A program made the translations under genes and the position numbers. A stretch of 64,000 nt of DNA, taken from the IMG/VR virus record IMGVR_UViG_3300042282_000085. One strand, given 5' to 3'. The notes beneath the pieces are model-generated. The model searched no databases, was not told where the DNA came from, and was given only the letters and a program-made list of their open reading frames with translations. Positions 1-8,608 of the stretch are shown in pieces; position 1 is the stretch's first letter; the number at the start of each line of letters is the position of its first letter. The stretch comes from a virus (Duplodnaviria; Caudoviricetes).

Positions 1-451
1 TTCTAGAGAGAGCCGCATCCAGTGTAATGCTCTGAACGCCCTTTACAGTCGGTAGCTGAAATCGACCCTGCGCCCCTGTGTCTGCAGGGGTACCCAGTGT
101 TTGACCCTGTAATTCCGCTACCTCAAAACACCGTACGTAGTTACGAATAGCGCCATCATTTAACAGTGCCGTAAAGCAGCAGGTACCAATAGTGCCATCC
201 TCACTGGCCGATAAGGAAATGTGTTCCCGCATAATGCGGTTACGATCAAATCCCAATCCGTAGGGGTACAGTGTAACCGTACCCATGTCCGCCGTACGCC
301 CCATAGCGATGTGGACTCCACCCTCTTCGATAGGGTGAATTACAATACCTGCCCCTGGGTGAATCATAGACGACCCCCCATTGGCCGGACGAGGTACCTC
401 ACATACGCTGAGGTAGTTAAGGTATTCCTCGGTATCATCAAAGAGCTTCAT
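1..451 (-). CDS. Hypothetical protein, partial (runs off the left edge of the window)
   Basis: ATG at 451 overlaps the TGA of the upstream HTH gene (ATGA). The frame MKLFDDTEEYLNYLSV... stays open to the window edge. Not in the ORF track because no stop lies inside the window. Confidence 0.65.
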   Translation of the reverse strand, partial: MKLFDDTEEYLNYLSVCEVPRPANGGSSMIHPGAGIVIHPIEEGGVHIAMGRTADMGTVTLYPYGLGFDRNRIMREHISLSASEDGTIGTCCFTALLNDGAIRNYVRCFEVAELQGQTLGTPADTGAQGRFQLPTVKGVQSITLDAALSR

Positions 452-777
452 ACGCCACCTCCTTTAGGTACGTTACGATCACTGCGCCTAGTCTTCGGGT
501 CCTCCAGCCGCGCCAGTAATTCTGTAACGGCCTTTTCACTCACCCGTACAGTAAACCCACCGTCTTTTAATTCCTTGCTGAAGGTGACCCCCATGTCCGC
601 CAGTGACTCCTCCATGAGTTCAACTGTAGACAGTCTCATCTCCATCTCCAGTATCTCATTGCGTGCAATCGTAGATTTAGCCAGCCCTAATAAGTCTGCA
701 AACTCTTGCTGACCCATGGCGACAGCACTTCGCCCTACCCGCATCATTAGTGCGGCTCGTGCAGCAGAATGATTCAT
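448..777 (-). CDS. XRE-family helix-turn-helix DNA-binding protein
   Basis: MRVGRSAVAMGQQEFADLLGLAKSTIARNE matches the XRE/Cro HTH pattern; strong RBS AGGAGGAGG upstream. Confidence 0.8.
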   Translation of the reverse strand: MNHSAARAALMMRVGRSAVAMGQQEFADLLGLAKSTIARNEILEMEMRLSTVELMEESLADMGVTFSKELKDGGFTVRVSEKAVTELLARLEDPKTRRSDRNVPKGGGV

Positions 778-812
778 GTTAGTCCTCCTCCTACCTATAG
801 TAAACGCAGCCC

Positions 813-1007
813 TTAAGAGGCTGCGTCCTTTATTGCATAGTCTTCTTCTTCCAGCCAGTTAGCCAGTACACCAACATCTACCTCCGGTAGACTCGATGCC
901 CCGTTAAACTCTCCAGGATCCGTATACGAATGGATACCGTAATGTGGGCGGTAATACTCAAACGCATCGTGTTGCTGTTTCGAGAGCGCTATCATGCCTG
1001 ATAGTTG
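813..1007 (-). CDS. nvRNAP beta-prime N-terminal subunit (phiKZ gp55-56.1-like), exon 3
   Basis: Begins CAA CTA TCA GGC (QLSG) immediately after the intron-terminal G at 1008. It completes NADFDGD-QL and ends ...VLANWLEEEDYAIKDAAS, resembling the gp56.1 segment. Confidence 0.85.
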   Translation of the reverse strand, partial: QLSGMIALSKQQHDAFEYYRPHYGIHSYTDPGEFNGASSLPEVDVGVLANWLEEEDYAIKDAAS

Positions 1008-1412
1008 CGAGGTCTTCACCTAAGTTCGTTAGACTTAAGCAGTTCTCTTATGAACTTCTCCGGGTGTTACCCGGACGTCGAGGTCATATCTTCACCCTCC
1101 ATATAGAAGGGGGCTCCCATTTCTGCCCACTTGGGCTCTACACCGTGGTTACCGGTTGACCGTCGGACCTGGACCCTAGCCTACTTCACAGTAGTCCTTA
1201 GGTCATTGGCTGCGTGGTTGAACATTGTCACGCGCCTTAGGCTTACTATTGCCATAGCGCATCTTGTCTATTTTTTCTACTTTCGTAACCTTCACACTTG
1301 GCCTTTCGACCTATGTTGTGGTTAGACAAGCTTTAGCCCGTTCCCGCAATTAGAGAGCGATCACTATACAGTTACCCGTATAGCGGACACATGTCTTTAG
1401 TTAAAGACGTTT
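1008..1412 (-). mobile_element. Group I intron, no ORF (405 nt), second intron of the nvRNAP beta-prime gene
   Basis: The 5' exon ends in U (GAU) and the intron ends in G. P-element-like CUAAUUGCGGGAA near 1342-1354. R/S elements CCGACGGUCA (~1167-1176) and AAGAUAUGACCU (1081-1092) give a covaried P7 (GGUCA/UGACC). The P2 hairpin resembles that of the phuZ intron. Confidence 0.85.
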
Positions 1413-1424
1413 ATCACCATCGAA
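1413..1424 (-). CDS. 12-nt micro-exon (exon 2) of nvRNAP beta-prime, encoding FDGD
   Basis: TTC GAT GGT GAT, preceded by G (end of intron 1) and followed in frame by AAA CGT CTT TAA. It supplies the missing part of NADFDGD between exon 1 (...PNAD) and exon 3 (QL...). Confidence 0.85.
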
Positions 1425-3633
1425 CCTTTTGTCCACTGTAGGCGCTACACTACAGCCGGTGTGCTCAGACACCCGCCCCTGCTTTCACAGGGGAGCAGAC
1501 CATATCACCTTCCTTCCACAGTGTGGTTAGGAAGCCTCCCGTTTGGCAGGCGCTTGCCCGCTACTCCGCGCTACCGGATGGCCGTTGAACTCACTCCGTG
1601 TTACCCACAGGTAATGTAGGAGCTTCGCTGCGTCGGTTGCCCAATCTCTAAGGGTTTTTACCATACCTCTCACTTCCATTACTGGGAGAGGGATTACCCT
1701 ACCTTTCGGTGGGTAAGGGGTACCTTAGAGCTGTAAAGGGGTTTCCCGCAGTTAGAGAGGATCCCTTAAACATCTCTGCCTAAGGGGACTTTGTTTAACA
1801 AGTTATTAATTTCAGTGATCAGGCTACGGCAGTGCCGGTGACATTAGCCTCTTCACTGAAGACCCACTTAGTAGCCTTAACGGTGAGTCCATTTACCCTA
1901 TATACGCCGTCGTGCTGGGACAGTGCGTCGCGCAATCGCTTTAGCTCCATGTTGACCGCAGCGGCTACATCCTCTAACCGTAGATACAGTGTACGATTAC
2001 CACTGTCATCGGCAGTCACCGAGTACGCATATGTAATGCTGTATGCGTCCCGGTACTTGATTAACTCTTCGATAGTCGGCCAGGGCCTATAATCGTTCTG
2101 TACCCTAACTAACCACCTTGACCTTACCAGCCTGCTGTTAATTCTTGCTGCCGTTATGCTGGGCCTCTTGGCCCCACATATGGTTGAGGCCTGACTCGTA
2201 TCCAGGTTGCAGAACTCTTGCCCAGTTACGTAGTCCTTAACCTTAAGGGTTAAAGGTTTACCGGTCCTAGCCTTTGTAATGTACTCTAGGTCTATTTCCG
2301 GGAAGGGATACTTCTCCAACTCGTCCGTGTATCTGAATACATACCCTTTAAGGTCACAATCCCTTCGTTTCCTGGCATTTGTAGCTATCTGATATTTAGA
2401 TATCTTAAGACGCTCTGCGGCCTCATTGACGCTATCGAAATCATGTCGCCGCTGTGTCTTAACAGAAAGTGCAACTACCGGCCGAGCTCTACCCCTAGTG
2501 TATGTGGATAGCTCCTCCAAGGAGGGCCACTCCCTATCGTCTAGAAGCTTTTTAACTAGGTACCCGTTAATTGGGTAGAAGTTATCCCGTCTTAGGGAGG
2601 CTGAAAGAGTTCCAGGTTGCACACCAATTGCCGCGCCCAGCGCTATGCAGTTTGGTCGGACGATCTCTGTGCCGTTGGAGAGGTCTAACGCCACAACGTC
2701 ATTTGAGCATTTGACCGTGGCGTCGGCTATCTCGCTCACCGTAGGTAGGGCGTCTTTGTTGCCAATGAAGCTAAAGGCATGTCCGTTAATGGCGTGCTTT
2801 CTACCATAACGGCAAATGTCCCTCACAGTGGCCGGCAACACGTTATGTGCCCTCGCAGCGCTTGCGACGCTTGGGTATATGGTAATCGAACCACTACATG
2901 CGTTTATGGCAACGACCTCGATGCCAAGATGCGAGGTACTTTCGACCCTATCGACCCTAGCCAACTCCGTCTTTGTGAGTTTCTCTGAAAGGTATCTGAA
3001 AACGTAGCGTCCAAACCTAATTTTAGGTTCGCCATTTACCCACCTGTGGATGTTCTCTTGCCCAACGCCGTTGTCCCTAGCGGCGGCGTTTAAGGTTACC
3101 CATTCACGGGTACTGCCGTCCACGAGATCGTGCCGTATGATAGCCCTATTGTCATCCCTTAAGCCATTTTGATACGCATGGTGGGAGTTGTATCCCCAGG
3201 TACACCATTCTAGGTTAAATGGACTGTTGTTAAATTTATCGCCATCCTTGTGATTTACAACTACATGCGTGGAACACTCCCTTTTTAGGAAGGTCAAAGC
3301 CACAAGTCTATGGACCGCAACGCTCTTCTTCCGACCGGCTTTTTCATCAAACGTCTGAACAGTGGAGTATCCCCTCTTACCATTGGAATTACACTTTCTA
3401 CCCAACGGTTCCCCGTTAATGGCAGATATCGCCTCCCCGACGCCGTTAACTAGCACATCAGGATGGTTAGGTACAACGTAGTATCCAGGGAATTCTTTAG
3501 ACTCCTCGGGAGTTCTAAACCCTCTAGATACTTCATTGGATAGGTTTTCCATTATCTTACACCTCATTTCATGTCACTGACCGTCGATATAAGATAACGG
3601 CACAACGTATTAATTAACTTGTTAAACTAAAAA
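1425..3633 (-). mobile_element. Group I intron (2209 nt) carrying an HNH homing endonuclease gene in its 5' (P1 loop) region
   Basis: Junctions GAU|UUUUUAG and AAAAGG|UUC. A perfect 13-bp inverted repeat (1793-1805 / 3615-3627) loops out the ORF. Core motifs CUAACUGCGGGAAAC, UUCAACGGCCA and GAUAUGGUCU lie between 1497 and 1760. Confidence 0.9.
1819..3567 (-). CDS. Intron-encoded HNH homing endonuclease with repeated NUMOD1/IENR1-like DNA-binding modules
   Basis: VHRLVALTF...VNHKDGDKFNNSPFNLEWCT HNH motif, followed by several F/Y-x-S-x2-AA helix-turn-helix repeats. Confidence 0.92.
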   Translation of the reverse strand: MRCKIMENLSNEVSRGFRTPEESKEFPGYYVVPNHPDVLVNGVGEAISAINGEPLGRKCNSNGKRGYSTVQTFDEKAGRKKSVAVHRLVALTFLKRECSTHVVVNHKDGDKFNNSPFNLEWCTWGYNSHHAYQNGLRDDNRAIIRHDLVDGSTREWVTLNAAARDNGVGQENIHRWVNGEPKIRFGRYVFRYLSEKLTKTELARVDRVESTSHLGIEVVAINACSGSITIYPSVASAARAHNVLPATVRDICRYGRKHAINGHAFSFIGNKDALPTVSEIADATVKCSNDVVALDLSNGTEIVRPNCIALGAAIGVQPGTLSASLRRDNFYPINGYLVKKLLDDREWPSLEELSTYTRGRARPVVALSVKTQRRHDFDSVNEAAERLKISKYQIATNARKRRDCDLKGYVFRYTDELEKYPFPEIDLEYITKARTGKPLTLKVKDYVTGQEFCNLDTSQASTICGAKRPSITAARINSRLVRSRWLVRVQNDYRPWPTIEELIKYRDAYSITYAYSVTADDSGNRTLYLRLEDVAAAVNMELKRLRDALSQHDGVYRVNGLTVKATKWVFSEEANVTGTAVA

Positions 3634-4869
3634 ATCTGCGTTTGGTGCACGGGTACATAGCACTGATAGACTGCTAACATTATCAGAAATATCGTTTATA
3701 TGGAGGGCTTGGATACTTCCCCTAGCAAGGGTCGGATACCTCACGAACAGACAGCGTACGCCTTTGCCACCCGGGGCCTCTTGGAAGATCTCATAGAGTA
3801 GCTCTTCTAGCAAGGCATCACGTGTGATGGTGTGTCGGTCGATATACTCCCAGGCATCTCGATGGGTATAGCCCTTCTTATAGAGTTTATTCAACAAGTG
3901 GACTTTAAACATCGTAACCGCTTGAGAGTACGGGATCTTTATTTGCTCATAGTCGTGTACCCCTGACTCCGACACAATTACTGACCGGAATGCAAACGGT
4001 GTGCGGCCACCAAAGACGGTGTTACGGAGGAGACCTTCCTTTTTGGAGAAAGGATCACCAAACATGTCACTGTAGTAGCTAGCCAATGAGTTAATGATGG
4101 AGGTAATCTTGCCTTCTAAGCGGCGTACGTTGGCATAGGTCTCCTCATCGATAGAAGTAATAGTACGGGCCGCGTCTAACGCTTCACGAATAGCCGTATC
4201 GGCATAGGTACCTGTAGCCGTGTTCTCCATGACAAATGCAATCTTATTTGGCATGGGGAGGTGTTGTGGGAAGAAGCGGTCCCGGTAGACGGTGAAGAAC
4301 GCCTGCATCGACTCGCGCTCATGTCGGGGCATTAGCGTTAGAATGGCTTCGGCTATGTCATCGAAATGTGCAATGAAATTATTCAGGCCTCTGGGTATCC
4401 CCGTTTTCATTAACCGGTGCATAATCATCGAGGCTTTCTTATTTGACTCAGGGGGATCCTCCATGAGTGGGGCACAAAACCATTGAAGTACGTTAAACCG
4501 GGATCCGGTCATGAGGGGAGAGAGAATCATCCAGAGCATGGGGTTTACCAGGCTGTGGACGCCTTGTGGTGCACGGAACCAGACGTTCGAGACGATCTCT
4601 TGATCACCGGCGGCTTCTACACGGGTATTGCACTTAGGACAGAGCTGCCCTAGGTTATAGCCATAGGAGAGGTGTCCGCAGCTGCAGGAGGGGATAGAGT
4701 CCAGTGTATCGGTGTGATCATAGGTCGTCATGATCATAGCGTTCAATGCATCCCGCTCTTCCTTCGTTCGGGCCGGAACATCATTCAGGATGATCGGAGT
4801 GAAGGGTAGAGAGTGGAAGGCACGGTCATGGTCATGGATCGAGAACGCAATCATTTCATTCTCATGCAT
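3634..4869 (-). CDS. nvRNAP beta-prime N-terminal subunit (phiKZ gp55-like), exon 1; spliced product about 480 aa
   Basis: Zn ribbon CSCG...CPKC, KEGLLRNTVFGGR, RSVI, RYPTL and terminal APNAD motifs of beta-prime; adjacent to the chimallin-like gene as in phiKZ. Confidence 0.92.
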
Positions 4870-4879
4870 GGGTGACTCC

Positions 4880-5086
4880 TTAAAGGTTAAAGGTAGGGTC
4901 TACGTAGCGGATGAACGTGTGGAGATCGGCGTCTCTGACGAAGAGTGTGGGATCCCCTATAGGGCGTGGGTAGGTATTGGTATATCGGTTAGTGTAGGAC
5001 TCCTGACTGCGAAAGGGCAAAACGATGGTAGCGAGGGTGGTTTTATGTCCCCACCTGAGATAGTAGTAGGTATTCTTTTTATCCAT
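4880..5086 (-). CDS. Small hypothetical protein
   Basis: 68-aa ORF with an AGGAG RBS, filling the gap between the chimallin terminator and the RNAP gene. Confidence 0.55.
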   Translation of the reverse strand: MDKKNTYYYLRWGHKTTLATIVLPFRSQESYTNRYTNTYPRPIGDPTLFVRDADLHTFIRYVDPTFNL

Positions 5087-5155
5087 GGTCTTCTCCTATA
5101 CGAAATAGACATAGGGGGTTAAAGTTTATTTCTACACTAAAAGACATAAAAAAAT

Positions 5156-5179
5156 AAGGAGACCCCGAAGGGCCTCCTT
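5156..5179 (-). terminator. Intrinsic terminator after the chimallin gene
   Basis: GC-rich stem with a UUCG-type loop, followed by a U-tract on the minus strand. Confidence 0.75.
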
Positions 5180-5193
5180 AATCCTGGACGTGC

Positions 5194-7149
5194 TTACTGA
5201 CCGTAGGGCTTGTTGAATACGGGGTTAATGTAGCTACCGCGCATCTGCTCACCCATCGGGCCGGTCTGGCCGTACGGAGACTGGTAGAAACCAGCCGCGT
5301 TGTAGGTGCCACCGAAGTTCGGGTCAATACCCTGACGCTGCATGCCCTGATCGTAGGCGACCATGTCATCGGAGATGATACGGACGTCATTGTTGATCAG
5401 TGCCTGTACCAGACAGGGAATGAAGTTCGGTGAGAAGTACACGCGAGTGGCCATGCCAGTGATGTTGCAGTCACCGGCAACGGACATCAGGCAGCGACGA
5501 CGGTCTGACAGGTTAATGTTGTTAGCAATGCCCGGAGTCATTGCAGCGGTAGCCTGAGCTACGAACTGCAGGTCCTTCGGAGACGCAGACAGCATGGTCA
5601 GATAGTCGATGGTACGCAGGTCACGAGCGCGACCATCCTTATCGGTGTAGGTACCGAGGTGAACGGTCACAGTGTCGTGGTGCATCACTGCCGCCTTAGC
5701 GTTGCCGTTGTTAGCCTGTGCCCAGACCTGAGAGAAGGCACCACCGGTCAACGCATCACATTCAGCGATGATGTCATCATTGGCGCCAGAGCGCGGGTTC
5801 TGTGCTGCCGCAATGAATACGGACTGCACCCACTCCAGACGACCACCCTGCTCCACATCCAGTGCAACCGCTACGTTCTGCGTACACCACTTAGTGGCCA
5901 TGCTGAACGGAGTTTCCTTGCCTTCTTCCGGCGCCTTGTTAAGGGATACCGATTCAACCGGCACCTTACCCAACGCTTCCGGACCACGGCCGTAGGGATC
6001 GTATTCCAGACCCAACATGCCAATGGACTGCTTCTGTACCTTCTGACCCGGGTAGGTTTCGAAGACACGGACCCAACCGTGATTAGCGGTCATGGCCAGA
6101 GTTGCAACCAGACCCATCAGCTGGGTACGCAGATCCTCAATGGAGCGACCAGAGTTCGCCAGACCGGCGACTTCAGTCAGTACCACGACCGGCATGTAAC
6201 CAGGCTTGGGTACCTGAGGCTGCTGCAGCTGAGCGTACGGGCTAGTCTGCTGCTGGGTAATAATGTTGAAATCCACATAACCAGACACTTCAGCCAGGTT
6301 ATGCTCCTGAGTACCAGTATGAACCTGGTACATGTCACCCTGCTTCTGATTAACGCGGGTGAGTTTGATGGAGGTATTGAAGTCGGCTGCAATTGGTTGA
6401 CCAATCCGGTTCAGGCGACATTCGCCCGGAGTGACTGTAGTGCGCTGACGCACTGCAACCTGTGGGTTGCGCAGGTGCTTCGCGTTAACACGTCCCACAC
6501 CCTGACCACCTGCGGCATCAATGATGGCCAGATGTGCAGAGTCAAAGTACACTCGAGTCACCTCTGCTGAGGAGAGATCCGCTGCCTTGGGCACCACACA
6601 GTGACCGATATGAACCACTTCGGCCGGATTCACTTTGTACTGGTTAGCCACGAAGGTGGATACCACTTCACGCAGCTTCTCATCGAAACAGCGGGTTGTG
6701 GGGCGATCAGTGATCACGTCCTTCTGACCAGAATAATCGCGGATGGTTTCCACGATCGGTTCCAGCTTAGAGGACATCATGCCCTCAATCAAGAGGTCAT
6801 ATACGACAACCTGCTTGGTGGCGCTGGATACTGCACACAGTGCCAGCACCGGCAAGTAGAGTTGCTGGCTGGAAACGGAAACCACCTCCAACTTCAACAT
6901 GTTAGAAATCTCTGGCAGCGCTGCCAGACGTTTCATTTCTTCACTGAAGGCGGCGAAGCCTTCAGTATCCATGCCACCACTCAGGGTGGCTACACCCAGA
7001 CCCTCGAACGGGTCCGCGCCGTCATACTCGTTGTAACGAGTATTATTGGTATACCCCTGCTGTGGTTGTGGCTGCTGAGTCTGCTGTGCAGCCTGCGGCT
7101 GTGCAGTCTGGTCAGCAGTTTTGTTCGGGTTGTTGTCATTCACACGCAT
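5194..7149 (-). CDS. chmA: Chimallin-like phage nuclear shell protein (phiKZ gp54-like)
   Basis: 651 aa with a Gln-rich flexible N-terminus and low-complexity C-terminus. It lies between the gp52-like and gp55-like genes (conserved synteny), has an early promoter upstream and strongly biased codon usage. No alignment was run. Confidence 0.75.
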   Translation of the reverse strand: MRVNDNNPNKTADQTAQPQAAQQTQQPQPQQGYTNNTRYNEYDGADPFEGLGVATLSGGMDTEGFAAFSEEMKRLAALPEISNMLKLEVVSVSSQQLYLPVLALCAVSSATKQVVVYDLLIEGMMSSKLEPIVETIRDYSGQKDVITDRPTTRCFDEKLREVVSTFVANQYKVNPAEVVHIGHCVVPKAADLSSAEVTRVYFDSAHLAIIDAAGGQGVGRVNAKHLRNPQVAVRQRTTVTPGECRLNRIGQPIAADFNTSIKLTRVNQKQGDMYQVHTGTQEHNLAEVSGYVDFNIITQQQTSPYAQLQQPQVPKPGYMPVVVLTEVAGLANSGRSIEDLRTQLMGLVATLAMTANHGWVRVFETYPGQKVQKQSIGMLGLEYDPYGRGPEALGKVPVESVSLNKAPEEGKETPFSMATKWCTQNVAVALDVEQGGRLEWVQSVFIAAAQNPRSGANDDIIAECDALTGGAFSQVWAQANNGNAKAAVMHHDTVTVHLGTYTDKDGRARDLRTIDYLTMLSASPKDLQFVAQATAAMTPGIANNINLSDRRRCLMSVAGDCNITGMATRVYFSPNFIPCLVQALINNDVRIISDDMVAYDQGMQRQGIDPNFGGTYNAAGFYQSPYGQTGPMGEQMRGSYINPVFNKPYGQ

Positions 7150-7226
7150 GATTTCTTCCTTTTCATGAAAGTGTAGGGATTGCGGTTAAACTATTCGAAT
7201 AGCCTAACAGATGCTAGACCACTATT

Positions 7227-7236
7227 GTAATATAGG
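7227..7236 (-). promoter_or_regulatory. Early (virion RNAP) promoter motif CCTATATTAC upstream of chmA
   Basis: Contains the phiKZ early consensus TATATTAC. The same 10-mer recurs at 17636, 38130 and 53158, with a variant at 25944, always intergenic on the minus strand. Confidence 0.75.
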
Positions 7237-7500
7237 TCTTGAATTCGCTTGAATTGCCAGTTTTACACCGATTAGGCGAAGTAGACGTCAGTCTGCTCCT
7301 ATCCAATCGGGTTAGAAGGTGAAAATTAATACATCGAGAACTCGCGCACCGCGTATTTCTGGTCGTACACCAATGCCTTGCGGCACTGGCGAGTTCTTTG
7401 TATATAATAGTGTCACTGTGATTATTTTTTACAATTCACACATTCTAATAATGATTATCGACTGGAATCCTATAGACACCCCCGTATTCATGGAGCCATT

Positions 7501-8574
7501 ATGCACGCTATACTTAAACCCTCGCATACTAACCGGGGGCAAATCAGTCAGTCTAAATTAAACCGCGTCTCTGGTTTAATGCGTACTCAGATTACCCGGG
7601 TGCAGGACCACTACCGCAGCCGTCTAGAGGCCGCAGACGGTAATCACCCCCTCGTTCGACTCGTGTACTCCTTTCTATTCTCACCGCATCAGGAACCTAT
7701 GGCGGTCTATGAGTGGGCGGTTGAGAATGAAGTTGAACTCGCGCAGGCGGTGGGATTCAGTAACAGTATCCAACACCGTAAACCACTAGAGTCGGTATGC
7801 TATCCAGACTGCGATGAGTACTGGGTGACCCATCGCCCTAGCCACATTCGTATGACCTTTAATGGGGCGGATGAGATCCTGCTCAACACGACACCCGTTA
7901 CAGTGCTATATCAGCCCTACATTCTACCCGTCCATTATATCCCTAAGGGAGGGAAGGGCAGTAATCATTGGGCGGTGATCGGCGTCGATATCCCTGCACT
8001 GGCACTGATGTATCAGGCCTGGATGCAGTACAATGAAGCCCTACCGGCTGGACAGAAGCAATCCATTGAGCAGTTCGTAGGTAGTTACGTGTTACCGGGT
8101 ATGCTGGTCAGTCAAGCAAACAGTGTACGGTTGAATATGTTATCCCGCTATATGGACGACAGTGTACCTAAATTGGACACTCGATCGAATATCGGTATGA
8201 CGGATCACACGGGTGAACTGCAATCGATTCTACACGACATTATTGTCGACAGTGATAGCCGTAACTATCCGTTAGGGTACCTTTATTACCTTATTGGCGC
8301 TATCCAAGAAGGACAGTCGTTACTGGATAACTTTCCCCATATCGCCGCCCCTGAGGTATTCCCGCTCTATACCTGCCGTTATTTGGCAGCAGTTGCATGG
8401 GTGCGTACTGCAACCATGTTGGAACTATCCCCCTCGGATGCACGGGAATACGGGCAACGGGTACGCGCCATGTCCCGTCAAGTAAGGGCCCGCTTCACCC
8501 ATCAGCAGTTGGGTAAGGGATATGTGGATAAGGTGGAAAGCTGGCACAGTGACATTGTGAACCTACTGACATAA
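7501..8574 (+). CDS. Conserved phiKZ-like protein (gp52-like by position)
   Basis: 357-aa ORF divergent from chmA and convergent with the DNA polymerase gene; motif AVIGVDIPALALMYQAW...FVGSYVLPGML. Confidence 0.6.
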   Translation: MHAILKPSHTNRGQISQSKLNRVSGLMRTQITRVQDHYRSRLEAADGNHPLVRLVYSFLFSPHQEPMAVYEWAVENEVELAQAVGFSNSIQHRKPLESVCYPDCDEYWVTHRPSHIRMTFNGADEILLNTTPVTVLYQPYILPVHYIPKGGKGSNHWAVIGVDIPALALMYQAWMQYNEALPAGQKQSIEQFVGSYVLPGMLVSQANSVRLNMLSRYMDDSVPKLDTRSNIGMTDHTGELQSILHDIIVDSDSRNYPLGYLYYLIGAIQEGQSLLDNFPHIAAPEVFPLYTCRYLAAVAWVRTATMLELSPSDAREYGQRVRAMSRQVRARFTHQQLGKGYVDKVESWHSDIVNLLT

Positions 8575-8578
8575 GAAA

Positions 8579-8606
8579 GACAGGACTGGCCTTAGCCAGT
8601 CCTGTC
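8579..8606. terminator. Bidirectional terminator hairpin
   Basis: GACAGGACTGGC-ctta-GCCAGTCCTGTC between convergent genes. Confidence 0.8.
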
Positions 8607-8608
8607 CT

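Noticed and set aside
221-712. Plus-strand 163-aa ORF and the small ORFs at 944-1325
   Set aside because: They are antisense to the HTH gene and the partial ORF, or lie within intron 2; no RBS or motif support.
813-4869. RNAP beta-prime as a pseudogene, or as a gene with a single intron
   Set aside because: One splice alone either stops at FDGDKRL or loses FDGD. Two group I cores with U/G junctions account for the full motif.
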